The notes: generated by a model from the letters alone, not told the origin. 64,000 bases of DNA from an uncultured Methanomassiliicoccaceae archaeon (GCA_964354665.1 CAYHAO010000001.1:13520-77519); one strand, 5' to 3'; shown: positions 9,276 to 18,232, counted from the first letter of the stretch. Numbers and translations: made by a program.

Positions 9276-10548
9276 CCCACCAGGCCTTCGCCTCTCCGAG
9301 GGTGTATATGGAGCCCGTCACGATGATGGCGTCCTCTGGCCCTGCTTCCTTGAGCGCCATGCAAAGGCCGCCGACCACCGAATCGACCACCTCCACCTTT
9401 TGCAGGTAATGGGACATGACCTCGCGGACCCTTTCGCAAGGGTAAGCTCTCCTGGTAAGGGGAGCGACGGCGACCCCTATATCCGATATACGGGCGAAGG
9501 GGGCGACCACGCCATCGAGGTCCTTGTCGTCGAGGACGCCCATGACCAGGATTATCCTTCCTTTTGCGAGCCTGCGCAGATCCTCAGCAACCACCATTGC
9601 TCCTTGGGGGGTGTGGGTGGCGTCGAATATCACATCGGGCCGGTGGCGGACGAGCTCCATCCTTCCAGGCCAGGCAACGGTCTCAAGACCTTTGCGCACG
9701 GCCCCGTCGCTCACAACCATCCCCCTCGACCTCAAGCTCTCCACCACCTCGAAGGCGAGGCAAGCGTTCGAGGCTTGGTAGGTGCCGATGAGCGGTAAGG
9801 TAACCTCCATCCCCTTGCGAAGGAACAGGAGCTTGGTCCCAGCGAAGGACGATTCAAGCAGCTTGAAGTCCACGCCTTCGGCGACGATGCGCAGGGGCGA
9901 GCCCAGCTCCAACGCGCGAGATCGAATCACATCGAGAGCCTCGGGGTTCTGCTCCACCGTCACCACAGGAATGCCTGGCTTGATGATGCCTGCCTTCTCG
10001 AAGGCTATCTTCTCCAGAGTATCGCCAAGGTAACGCGTGTGCTCCAGGCCGATCCTGGCGATCGCCGAACACTCGGGGAGGATGACGTTGGTGGCATCGA
10101 GCCGCCCGCCCATTCCCACCTCCACCACAGCCACTTCGGCCCCGAGTTCTGCGAAATGAAGGAAGGCGAGGGCGGTGGTCACCTCGAAGAACGTGGGGCA
10201 GGTATCGGACCTTGCCAGGCACATGTCCTCTACCTGGCCCTTCACCTCATGGACCAGGCGGCAGAGCTGCTTTCGGGAGATGGGTGTCCCATCCACCTGT
10301 ATGCGCTCGCGGAAATCGACCATGTGGGGGGAGGTGTATAAAGCGGTGCGATACCCCTGCGCCCTCAGGATGGAGGCGGTCATGGCGCTGACCGAGCCCT
10401 TGCCATTGGTCCCGGCCACGTGCACGCTCTTGAACTGGCGCTGAGGGTCATCCAGCCTTGAAAGGAGCTCCTTGATGTTGCTGAGCCCAAGCTTGATGCC
10501 CATGACCTCCAGGTCTAGAAGCCAGTCCAGCGCCTCTTGATACTCCAT
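9256..10548 (-). CDS. folC: Folylpolyglutamate synthase/dihydrofolate synthase (Mur-ligase family)
   Basis: 430 aa with P-loop HVAGTNGKGS and Mur-ligase middle and C-terminal domain architecture. Confidence 0.85.
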   Translation of the reverse strand: MEYQEALDWLLDLEVMGIKLGLSNIKELLSRLDDPQRQFKSVHVAGTNGKGSVSAMTASILRAQGYRTALYTSPHMVDFRERIQVDGTPISRKQLCRLVHEVKGQVEDMCLARSDTCPTFFEVTTALAFLHFAELGAEVAVVEVGMGGRLDATNVILPECSAIARIGLEHTRYLGDTLEKIAFEKAGIIKPGIPVVTVEQNPEALDVIRSRALELGSPLRIVAEGVDFKLLESSFAGTKLLFLRKGMEVTLPLIGTYQASNACLAFEVVESLRSRGMVVSDGAVRKGLETVAWPGRMELVRHRPDVIFDATHTPQGAMVVAEDLRRLAKGRIILVMGVLDDKDLDGVVAPFARISDIGVAVAPLTRRAYPCERVREVMSHYLQKVEVVDSVVGGLCMALKEAGPEDAIIVTGSIYTLGEAKAWWDAHEGC

Positions 10549-10573
10549 GCGTCCAGAGGATGACGGCCGCGCC

Positions 10574-11410
10574 TTAAAGGGTTTCGCCCTGGCGCAGGGA
10601 GCCGACTAATCCAGCGAGCGGGACCCCCCTGCGCTTGGCCTCCGCCCTCATCTCCTTCATCACCCCTGATCCATATTGCGCCGCCTTCTTGGGGCGGGAG
10701 ATGACCGGCCCGAGCTCGAGCAAGGAAGCCACGTCCCTAAGGACCTTCTTTCTCTCCCCCTGATGTATGCGTTCGGACATGGGCAGGAGTTGGGCAAAGT
10801 TGACCACCTCGCGATGGAGATAGGGATGACGAATGACCTTGCCGAAATGCCCAGCCAATCTTCTCTCCCTTTCCGCTCCGACCGTCAACAAGCCTTGGAG
10901 GTCCTGGTCGAGGCTCGCTCTCAATTCCTCCTCGCTCATCCTCGCGTACCTGGCGTATCCCCCGAACAGCTCATCCGCTCCCTGACCTGAGATCAGGAGG
11001 TGCTCGTTGGCCTTGCTTGCGACCACGTAAAGGGGCATCTCGAAGGAGAGTACCAAAGGGCTCTCGGAATCCAAGATCGCAGATAGGTGGGGAAGCGCTT
11101 CCATGACCTGCCCGCGGTCAAGCACGATGCCCTCCCACTCCAGTCCAAGGTGGCTCGCGGTCTCCTCCGCGATGACCAGGTCATGGCTTCCAGGCAGTCC
11201 AATGGTGTAAAGGCGGACGTGGCTCAGGTCAGAGGCCAGCCTAGCCAGGACCGTGCTGTCCAGCCCTCCGGAGAAGAGCACCCCGACCTCGGCCTGGTCA
11301 CAATCCTCCCGGACCGCCCTCCTAAGAGCGGTCAAGAGTCCTTCAGCATCGGGCACGGATGACCAATCCGGGCCCTGGTATATGCAGATTTCCTCGGGCG
11401 GGTCGGTCAA
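10574..11410 (-). CDS. Asparagine-synthase-like PP-loop ATPase (synthetase domain only, no glutaminase domain)
   Basis: 278 aa with the PP-loop LFSGGLDSTV and an AsnB-type SGQGADELFGGY motif. It lacks the N-terminal Ntn amidotransferase domain. Confidence 0.7.
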   Translation of the reverse strand: MTDPPEEICIYQGPDWSSVPDAEGLLTALRRAVREDCDQAEVGVLFSGGLDSTVLARLASDLSHVRLYTIGLPGSHDLVIAEETASHLGLEWEGIVLDRGQVMEALPHLSAILDSESPLVLSFEMPLYVVASKANEHLLISGQGADELFGGYARYARMSEEELRASLDQDLQGLLTVGAERERRLAGHFGKVIRHPYLHREVVNFAQLLPMSERIHQGERKKVLRDVASLLELGPVISRPKKAAQYGSGVMKEMRAEAKRRGVPLAGLVGSLRQGETL

Positions 11411-11462
11411 TGGCTAGCACGGGCCACTCAACCATTATAAATCGCCATGCCAATGATTCGCC

Positions 11463-12872
11463 GTGCCCGGGAGCTTGGAGAGGCTGTTCAACCCCAGGAG
11501 TGTGGCGGTGGTAGGAGCATCCTCGCAGCCTGAGAAGGCGGGGAACGTGATACTCAGACAGCTTATCGGCGGCAGCTTCCGCATCTATCCCGTCAATCCC
11601 AACCGCCATGACATATTGGGCTTGCTCTGCTATCCCTCTACGAGCGCTCTCCCGGAGAGGGTGGACGTGGCCATCCTGAGCGTGACCGCCGCGGCCACCT
11701 TGCAGGCGGTGGAGGAATGTGTCCAGGCCAAGATTCCTTTCGTCATCTCGGTGGCCGGCGGCTTCTCGGAGATGGGCGAGGAGGGAAGCGTCGTCCAGAA
11801 ACGCATCGCTGAGGCGGTGCGAGGATCGGAAACCAGGCTCCTTGGACCTAACACCATGGGGGTCATGGTACCGGGGCGCAAATTCGATACTTTCTTCCTA
11901 CCTCGGGAAAGGAGCCCTCGGCCCAAGGATGGCTCGATCTCCATCATCTCCCAGAGCGGGTCGGTTCTGGTTGGCCTGTACGAGATGGCGGAGGACCATG
12001 GCGTCGGCCTCCGCTCTTGCGTCGGGGTGGGGAACAAGGCGGACCTGGACGAGAACGACTTCCTCGAATATCTGGCGCATGAGCACGGCACCAAGTGCAT
12101 CGGCATGTACATAGAGTCCTTCGCGGACGGTGCCGCCTTCTTCGACCTGGCTAAGAAAGTGTCCAAGAAGAAACCGATCGTCGCGGTGAAGGTCGGGACC
12201 ACACCGAGCGGGGCGAGGGCCGCCGCCTCCCATACTGGCGCGATCGCCACCTCCTCGGACGCGCTGGTGAGCGGCGTATTCAAGCAGGCGGGGGTGCTGC
12301 GCGTGGCCGACGACTTCGAACTCCTGGACGCCGCGAAGGCCTTGGCCCACATCGGTCAGGTGAATGGTGACCGCATTGCCATCGTCGGAAGCGCAGGCGG
12401 GTTCGGGGTCATCGCCACGGACTACATCGCCTCGAAGTCCAAAGGCTTCGGGCTGCGCATGGCCAGCCTGGGGGACGATACCAAGGCCAGGCTGAGGGAT
12501 AAGGTCCCTCCCTTCGCATCGGTGGAGAACCCGGTCGACCTCACGGGAGTGGTCAACGACCAGATGTACCATGAGGTGATCGAGCTGGTGCAGAGCGCGG
12601 AGAACGTGGACGCCATCCTCCTCAACCTGCTATTCCAGCCACCAGGCATGACGGTGGGGGTGGTGGATGTGGTGGAGAGGTGGGCAAGGAAGGGAAAGAA
12701 GCCCATGGTGGTATGCTGCGTTGGTGGTACCTTCCCCAGGTCCATCCTCCGCAGGCTGGAGGAGAAGGGCGTCCCCACCTATGGAACGATGAGGAGGGCG
12801 GTGTTCGCCCTTAGATGCCTCTATGATAGGGGGCAATACCTGCGCCGCATCAAGGAGGAAGGGGCGGCCTAG
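11463..12872 (+). CDS. ADP-forming acetyl-CoA synthetase alpha subunit / CoA-binding succinyl-CoA-ligase-like protein
   Basis: 469 aa with a GTG start, LFNPRSVAVVGAS CoA-binding N-terminus and an ASHTGA phosphohistidine-type segment. No adjacent beta (ATP-grasp) subunit. Confidence 0.75.
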   Translation: MPGSLERLFNPRSVAVVGASSQPEKAGNVILRQLIGGSFRIYPVNPNRHDILGLLCYPSTSALPERVDVAILSVTAAATLQAVEECVQAKIPFVISVAGGFSEMGEEGSVVQKRIAEAVRGSETRLLGPNTMGVMVPGRKFDTFFLPRERSPRPKDGSISIISQSGSVLVGLYEMAEDHGVGLRSCVGVGNKADLDENDFLEYLAHEHGTKCIGMYIESFADGAAFFDLAKKVSKKKPIVAVKVGTTPSGARAAASHTGAIATSSDALVSGVFKQAGVLRVADDFELLDAAKALAHIGQVNGDRIAIVGSAGGFGVIATDYIASKSKGFGLRMASLGDDTKARLRDKVPPFASVENPVDLTGVVNDQMYHEVIELVQSAENVDAILLNLLFQPPGMTVGVVDVVERWARKGKKPMVVCCVGGTFPRSILRRLEEKGVPTYGTMRRAVFALRCLYDRGQYLRRIKEEGAA

Positions 12873-12914
12873 GAAGCAAAGATATTTCTTTTGGCAGATA
12901 GTAGCTGGGATGTA

Positions 12915-13343
12915 ATGGACAACGTCACTCGCATCGGAGTCTCATTGGAGCCAGAGCTGCTGAAGAGCTTCGACCTCCTGGTGGCGCAGAAGGGCTTCGC
13001 CACCCGGTCCGAGGCCATCCGCGACCTCATACGCAACGCACTAGTCCACGAGTCCCTCTCCCATGACGAGTCCCACGCCGTGGGAACGATCACCCTCGTC
13101 TATGACCATCGCCATGGCGGGGTGAAGGAGAACATGATGGAGGTGCAGCACCTTCATCATCAGGTGATCTCGTCCTCCATCCACGTTCACCTCGACGAGG
13201 AGAAATGCCTCGAGGTCCTGGTCGTCCACGGCACGGTCGAGGGCATTCAGGGCTTGGTCAAGGCCCTCACCAATGTCAAGGGCGTGACCCATGGCCAGCC
13301 TGTCCTCATTGCCGGAGAGCTGAGCGAACATCACATCCATTGA
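12915..13343 (+). CDS. nikR: Nickel-responsive regulator NikR
   Basis: Ribbon-helix-helix N-terminus VTRIGVSLEPELLKSFDLLVAQKGFATRSEAIRDLIR and a C-terminal metal site pattern HHQVISSSIHVHLDEEKC. ATG at 12915 (the ORF opens at a TTG at 12891). Confidence 0.85.
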   Translation: MDNVTRIGVSLEPELLKSFDLLVAQKGFATRSEAIRDLIRNALVHESLSHDESHAVGTITLVYDHRHGGVKENMMEVQHLHHQVISSSIHVHLDEEKCLEVLVVHGTVEGIQGLVKALTNVKGVTHGQPVLIAGELSEHHIH

Positions 13344-13426
13344 AATCGTGTCCAGATCGGGTAAGCGCGTAAGCCGTGATTGCCAAGCCTATTTTTTTAT
13401 AGTCCCTTGTGCTTGGTCGAGACCCG

Positions 13427-15868
13427 ATGAAGAGGCTGGTCATCTCGGAGAAGTCCAACGCCGCGGCGCGCATCGCCACCATTCTGTCCAATGGCAACAA
13501 GAGGTACGTTAGGGATAGGGGAGTCCAGGTCTTCTCTTTCGAGCGGGGGGGCGACGAATGGTACGTCGTCGGTCTCCGCGGTCATGTCATCGAGCTCGAC
13601 TATCCGAAGGAGATGAACGACTGGCAGAAGACCACGGCCAAGGAGTTGGTCTATGCCGCCCCGGTCAAGAGCGTACGCGCCCACAACATCATCAACGTCC
13701 TGCAGGAACAAGCTCGGGACGCGGACATGGTCATCATCGCCACCGACTTCGATCGCGAAGGGGAGCTCATCGGCATGGAGACCGTGGACATGCTCGATGT
13801 GGACCCTGCCAAGATCATGAGGGCGCGATTCTCCGCATTGACCAAGATGGAGATCGAACGCGCCTTCCAAGAGCTTACCAAGCCCGATGAAAGACTGGCC
13901 GAGGCCGCAGAGTGCCGGCAGATCATCGATCTGGCCTGGGGGGCTGTCCTGACCAGATTCATTTCCCTCGCTTCTGGGCAGGTTGGCTCCAACTTCCTTT
14001 CCGTGGGAAGGGTACAAAGCCCGACCCTTTCGTTGATAGTCGACAAGCACAACTCCGTTCTCACCTTCGTCCCCAAGCCCTATTGGAACGTCCAGGCCAA
14101 GTTCAGGAAGGGCTTCGATTTCAATGGGCACCATGAGAAGAACCCCTTCTGGGAGGAGGTCGAGGCTAAGCGGGCGTTGGTCGGATGCGAAAGCTCCTCG
14201 CTCGCTGAGGTCAAGGAGTACCAGATGGAGAGCAAGGACGAGTATCCCCCGCCCCCGTTCAACACCACGATGATGCTGGCCGAGGCGGTGAAGATGGGCA
14301 TGTCCGCCTCCTTAGCAATGAAGGTAGCGGAGGACCTGTACACCGCTGGATACATTTCATACCCGAGGACCGACAACACCGTCTACCCGCGCTCATTGGG
14401 GCTAAGGACGATATTGGAGAAGCTCCGAGAGTCCGATTTCAAGGTGGAGGTCGAGGAGGTCCTGTCCCAGGGGTCGATCCGGCCTTCGCGAGGCAGGGTG
14501 GAGACGACTGACCACCCGCCGATATACCCGACCGAGGCCGCCACCAAGAAGGAGCTGAAGGGCGAGAAGTGGAAGATTTACGAGCTAGTGGTGCGAAGGT
14601 TCTTGGCGACCGTCGCCCCAGCCTGCAAGGCCGAGCACCGCCATGCCAAGCTGGCAATCAAGGAGGAGGTCTTCGAGGCCAAGGGCTACAAGATACTCTC
14701 GCCCGGATGGCGGAAGTACTATCCCTATTTCCGCGTGACGGAGGTGGACCTGCCATCCCTGAGCACTGGGGAGAAGGTCGAGGTTTTGGGTTTGGACCTG
14801 GAACGGTTGGAGACCCAGCCCCCTAGACGCTTCACCCAGGGCACCTTGATCCAGGAGATGGAGAGACTCGGCCTCGGCACCAAGAGCACCAGGCATGAGA
14901 TTGTCCAGAAGCTCTATGACAGGAAGTACGTCGTGGGCAATGACCTGGTCCCCACCGAGAGCGGGATCGCCGTGGCCATGTCCTTGGAGAAGCACGCCAG
15001 GACCATCACCGAGAGCAAGATGACGGCGCACCTGGAGAAGGACATGGAGGAGATCGCGGACGGGAAGGCCCTCCTGCCCGAGGTGGTCAAGGAGTCCCAG
15101 GACATGCTCTCTGACGTCATCGACGTGATGGAGAAGCATCGCGAGGACATCGGCAACGACATCCGCTCAGCGCTGAACGAGCAGAGCTACGTCGGTAAGT
15201 GCCCCGATTGCCAGGGGGAGCTTCGCGTCAAGCGGTCTCGCAAGGGCGAGTTCATCTCCTGCTCCAATTACCCGGAGTGCAAGAGGGCGTACCCCAAGCC
15301 CCGCGGGGCCAAGCTGGAGGCGACGGAGGAAGCCTGCGAGACCTGCAGGTCCCCGGTGGTCCGCCTCATTCGTAGGGGAAGCCCTCCCCAGAAGCATTGC
15401 ATCAATCCAGATTGCGAGAGCAACAAGCAGGCCACGTCCGTTGGCACCTGCCCTGAGTGCGGATCGACTCTCCGACTGCTATACTCGCGTGCGGGGAAGC
15501 GCTTCATAGGCTGCTCTGGATATCCCAACTGCAAGCGCACCTATCCCCTTCCGCAGTTCGGCTCGCTGAGGATGACCGGCGAGATTTGCGACGCCTGCCG
15601 CGCCCCGATCGCCCTGGTGATTAACAAAGGCAGGCCTTGGAAGTTCTGCGTCAACATGGATTGCCCCAAGCGGGAGAAGCGGACGGAAAAGAAGTCCAAG
15701 AAGACAGCAGAGGCCGAGGTCAAGCCCGAGAAGGCCAAGAAGCCGGCGAGCAAGCCGAAGAAGAAGCCTGCGACGAAATCGAAGACGGCGAAGAAGAAGG
15801 CCTCCTCAGAGCCAAAATCAAAGAAGCCCAGCACGGCAAAGACCATAAAAAGCAAGAAGAAGCAATGA
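13427..15868 (+). CDS. topA: Type IA DNA topoisomerase with four Zn-ribbons and a Lys-rich tail
   Basis: TOPRIM domain (LVISEKSNAA, DFDREGE), active-site ISYPRTDN, Zn ribbons CPDCQG..CSNYPEC, CETCRSP, CPECGS..CSGYPNC and CDACRAP, and a C-terminal KKxK-rich tail of about 66 aa. Confidence 0.9.
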   Translation: MKRLVISEKSNAAARIATILSNGNKRYVRDRGVQVFSFERGGDEWYVVGLRGHVIELDYPKEMNDWQKTTAKELVYAAPVKSVRAHNIINVLQEQARDADMVIIATDFDREGELIGMETVDMLDVDPAKIMRARFSALTKMEIERAFQELTKPDERLAEAAECRQIIDLAWGAVLTRFISLASGQVGSNFLSVGRVQSPTLSLIVDKHNSVLTFVPKPYWNVQAKFRKGFDFNGHHEKNPFWEEVEAKRALVGCESSSLAEVKEYQMESKDEYPPPPFNTTMMLAEAVKMGMSASLAMKVAEDLYTAGYISYPRTDNTVYPRSLGLRTILEKLRESDFKVEVEEVLSQGSIRPSRGRVETTDHPPIYPTEAATKKELKGEKWKIYELVVRRFLATVAPACKAEHRHAKLAIKEEVFEAKGYKILSPGWRKYYPYFRVTEVDLPSLSTGEKVEVLGLDLERLETQPPRRFTQGTLIQEMERLGLGTKSTRHEIVQKLYDRKYVVGNDLVPTESGIAVAMSLEKHARTITESKMTAHLEKDMEEIADGKALLPEVVKESQDMLSDVIDVMEKHREDIGNDIRSALNEQSYVGKCPDCQGELRVKRSRKGEFISCSNYPECKRAYPKPRGAKLEATEEACETCRSPVVRLIRRGSPPQKHCINPDCESNKQATSVGTCPECGSTLRLLYSRAGKRFIGCSGYPNCKRTYPLPQFGSLRMTGEICDACRAPIALVINKGRPWKFCVNMDCPKREKRTEKKSKKTAEAEVKPEKAKKPASKPKKKPATKSKTAKKKASSEPKSKKPSTAKTIKSKKKQ

Positions 15869-15874
15869 GCCGAC

Positions 15875-16309
15875 TCAATGGTCGTGCCCGTGGTCATCTT
15901 CGCAATGATCATGCCCCTGGAACTCCATGTCCTCGAAATCGATGTGCATGCCCTTGCCATTGAAGACCGATCTCGCGCAACGGACGACGATCGCCTCCAC
16001 CTTGGGCTTGTCCAGGCCGTAGATGAGCACGTTGAGGATGAGATTCAGGCTCTTCGAGCTTCCATCCAGCTCGCCCCGGCACATGGCTTCGTTCTCTGCC
16101 GAGACCACGCTGCAGGCGATGTACTTGCCCGAGTCGACCTCGGCGATGCACTTGATGTGACCTATCAACCGAGCACCATCGCTCATGCACTCCTTGGCCA
16201 CCTTGGATATCGTGTTGGACACCAAGGACTTGAGCTCGTCGGGACCCTTGGCCCGGTCGAAGTGCGCATGCACCTTGCCTGCGTAGGCGACGAAGTCATC
16301 GGTGATCAT
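15875..16309 (-). CDS. His-tailed protein translationally coupled to the COG0523 GTPase (possible separate CobW_C-like module)
   Basis: 144-aa ORF whose ATG (16309) directly follows the GTPase stop (16310-16312). The C-terminus is FQGHDHCEDDHGHDH, and the central segment ARLIGHIKCIAEVDSGKYIACSV is reminiscent of CobW C-terminal domains. Confidence 0.55.
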   Translation of the reverse strand: MITDDFVAYAGKVHAHFDRAKGPDELKSLVSNTISKVAKECMSDGARLIGHIKCIAEVDSGKYIACSVVSAENEAMCRGELDGSSKSLNLILNVLIYGLDKPKVEAIVVRCARSVFNGKGMHIDFEDMEFQGHDHCEDDHGHDH

Positions 16310-16906
16310 TCAGCCCACCATCGCTTCCAATACCTTGTCCAGGTTGGTCCCTTCCGTGGCAGAGGCGGGTATTATCTCGGCCTTGACCCCCGACTCCCTG
16401 ATCTTGGACTCGATGCCCGAGAGGACCTCTGGCTTGACCCGGTCCATTTTATTGATGATGATGACGTGGGCCGCCTTCAATTGATTCTTAAACGGCCTCT
16501 CCAGGGCCTTGGCGATAATTTCGTATCTTTCGGCATCCACTATTATGACGATCTTGGTGGATTCGATGGGCGGACCGATGTACAGCTTCAAGGTGCCGTA
16601 GATCGCCTCTGGGTCTGCCACCCCCGTTGGCTCGATGACCACGAGGTCTGGCTTGAAGGCCTCCGCGACATCGCGCAAGGTGGTCAATAGGTCCGAGCCT
16701 AGGGTGCAGCAGATGCAGCCACTGGGCATTTCCCTGACCTTCAATCCATATTTCTCCATGACCTTGCCATCTATGCCAATCTTACCGAAGTCGTTCACGA
16801 TCACGACCACCTTCTTGTGCTTCCGCTTGGTTATCTCATCGATGGTGGATAGCACCATGGTTGTTTTACCAGAACCTAGGAAACCGGAAATCAGCAGCAG
16901 GTCCAT
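16310..16906 (-). CDS. COG0523/CobW-family G3E metallochaperone GTPase (G-domain only)
   Basis: 198 aa with Walker A GFLGSGKTT, metal-binding GCICC, switch EPTGVADP and NKMD. No fused C-terminal domain. Confidence 0.8.
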   Translation of the reverse strand: MDLLLISGFLGSGKTTMVLSTIDEITKRKHKKVVVIVNDFGKIGIDGKVMEKYGLKVREMPSGCICCTLGSDLLTTLRDVAEAFKPDLVVIEPTGVADPEAIYGTLKLYIGPPIESTKIVIIVDAERYEIIAKALERPFKNQLKAAHVIIINKMDRVKPEVLSGIESKIRESGVKAEIIPASATEGTNLDKVLEAMVG

Positions 16907-16917
16907 AGACGCACCTT

Positions 16918-16936
16918 TGGCATTTGAGCAATGCCA
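16918..16936. promoter_or_regulatory. Perfect inverted repeat TGGCATT-N5-AATGCCA between TATA-like box and start codon of the COG0523 gene (candidate operator)
   Basis: On the minus strand, TTTTAAATA (16949-16957) is followed after 12 nt by the palindrome, then AAGGTGCGTCT and the ATG at 16906. Confidence 0.4.
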
Positions 16937-17009
16937 TCAGGACGACTCTATTTAAAAGTGAGCAGTTACAGACCCTGAAATTCGAAGTTCTTTTGAGCGA
17001 GGAGAGTCT

Positions 17010-17225
17010 TCACCACTCCTCTTCCTCGTCCCCTTGGCCAGAGAAATGGCGCTCGAGCTCGTCCCTTTCGAGAGCGATCCTCTCGTTGCGGCAGGCCCGG
17101 CACTCCATTATCTTGCCCAATGACACCTTCTTGCTGGCGATGCTCTGGTCCACCTCGGCTATGGCCCCGCAGGAGCACAGAACCTTGCGCTTGGGAGGGT
17201 CCCCGAATAGCATCAGCACCTGCAT
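17010..17225 (-). CDS. Small zinc-ribbon protein with acidic tail (hypothetical)
   Basis: 71-aa version starting at ATG 17225 (MQVLMLFGD...) with CSC...CRAC Cys pairs and a C-terminal GDEEEEW. The 173-aa ORF in the track extends implausibly upstream. Confidence 0.35.
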   Translation of the reverse strand: MQVLMLFGDPPKRKVLCSCGAIAEVDQSIASKKVSLGKIMECRACRNERIALERDELERHFSGQGDEEEEW

Positions 17226-17700
17226 CGAGCGTCCTGATTTGCTTACCCTAGGATAGGCCAGATCACCCTTGTAGGCCCTAGCTCCGCTCAATGAGTCGTT
17301 TGTCAGCCGGGCTTCGCGGCTCATCAAGGCCTCCGCTGATTGCCTTGTGCTATGCAATTTATCTCCCCCACTACGGTAAAACGCGCATCCCAGTCTATCT
17401 GCCCCATCCCTCTCCTTTTTAACTGGCGGATTAGGCTTTGCTGTGCATTCCTCCGAGCAAAAAAAGATAATCAGAAGTGCGGACTTAAACGTTTCGCAAG
17501 CGCTCTGCTCCCATATCCAGATGTCCGACATTTAGTGTCAGACGGACGTCATGCGATGCATGAATTAGTGCATCGTCGAAAATACAATTCGATAAGTGCA
17601 CAATGGATAATAATCTGGCTCCTGGCCAATCAGTCATCATATCTGTGCTTTACCATGCTGGAAGGTCCTCCTTCGTTGTCTGCCAGCTTACCTGACCGAA

Positions 17701-18156
17701 TCAATGGTCCTGCTCTTTGACCTGTGCGAAGGACGTGCACGTAAGGGTGCGGCCCACCCCTTCCACCTCGCGGATGCGGTCGATGACCAGGGCTCCGATG
17801 TCCTCCATGGACTTCCCCCGGACCTTGACCAGCATGTCATATTCGCCAGAGATGAGATGAACCTCGTACACGCCTTCCAGATCGGAGATTCGCTGGGCCA
17901 CCTCGCGCTGCGATACCTTGGCATTAGGAAGAAATGATACCAGGATGAAGGCGATGATCGGCTCTCCCAGCGCCGAGTGGTCCAGAGTGATGGTGAAGCG
18001 CTTGATTATGCCCTTCTCCACCATGCGCTTTATCCGCTCGTGCACCGTGGCCCGCGGGATCCCTAGATCCTCGGAGATGGCCTTGGTGGTGCGCCTGGAG
18101 TCTTCTTCAAGGGCCTTGAGGATGGCGAGATCCTTCTCATCGAGCATGCCCTCCAT
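17701..18156 (-). CDS. lrp: Lrp/AsnC-family transcriptional regulator
   Basis: LDEKDLAILKALEEDSRRTTKAISEDLGIPRATVHERIKRM HTH followed by a RAM/AsnC_trans_reg domain. The ATG at 18156 or 18147 is the likely start; the upstream part of the track ORF was rejected. Confidence 0.85.
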   Translation of the reverse strand: MEGMLDEKDLAILKALEEDSRRTTKAISEDLGIPRATVHERIKRMVEKGIIKRFTITLDHSALGEPIIAFILVSFLPNAKVSQREVAQRISDLEGVYEVHLISGEYDMLVKVRGKSMEDIGALVIDRIREVEGVGRTLTCTSFAQVKEQDH

Positions 18157-18232
18157 ATCCCTGCTTGTTGGGATAAATGTTGAGCAGTTCGAAAGGCAAT
18201 CATTATCTAACCACAACTCCCAATCCTGGGGC

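Noticed and set aside
15878-16690. 270-aa plus-strand ORF antisense to the COG0523 GTPase and its His-tailed partner
   Set aside because: Its composition is dominated by R/G/D/H/L/V, as expected for the antisense frame of GC-rich coding DNA. It has no motifs. The opposite strand carries clear GTPase motifs.
17303-17327. Hammerhead-ribozyme-like or C/D-box sRNA-like motif (UGAUGAG-stem-loop-CUGACAAAC, minus strand)
   Set aside because: The hammerhead core requires GAAA after stem II, and here it reads UGACAAAC. For a C/D sRNA there is no convincing C'/D' pair or terminal stem, and the C box starts with U instead of a purine. I kept it only as a weak K-turn lead.
17010-17531. 173-aa version of the small zinc-ribbon ORF
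   Set aside because: The N-terminal 100 or so residues have no protein-like features, and only the C-terminal 71 aa (from ATG 17225) look coding. I treat the upstream part as noncoding (see the finding on 17226-17700).
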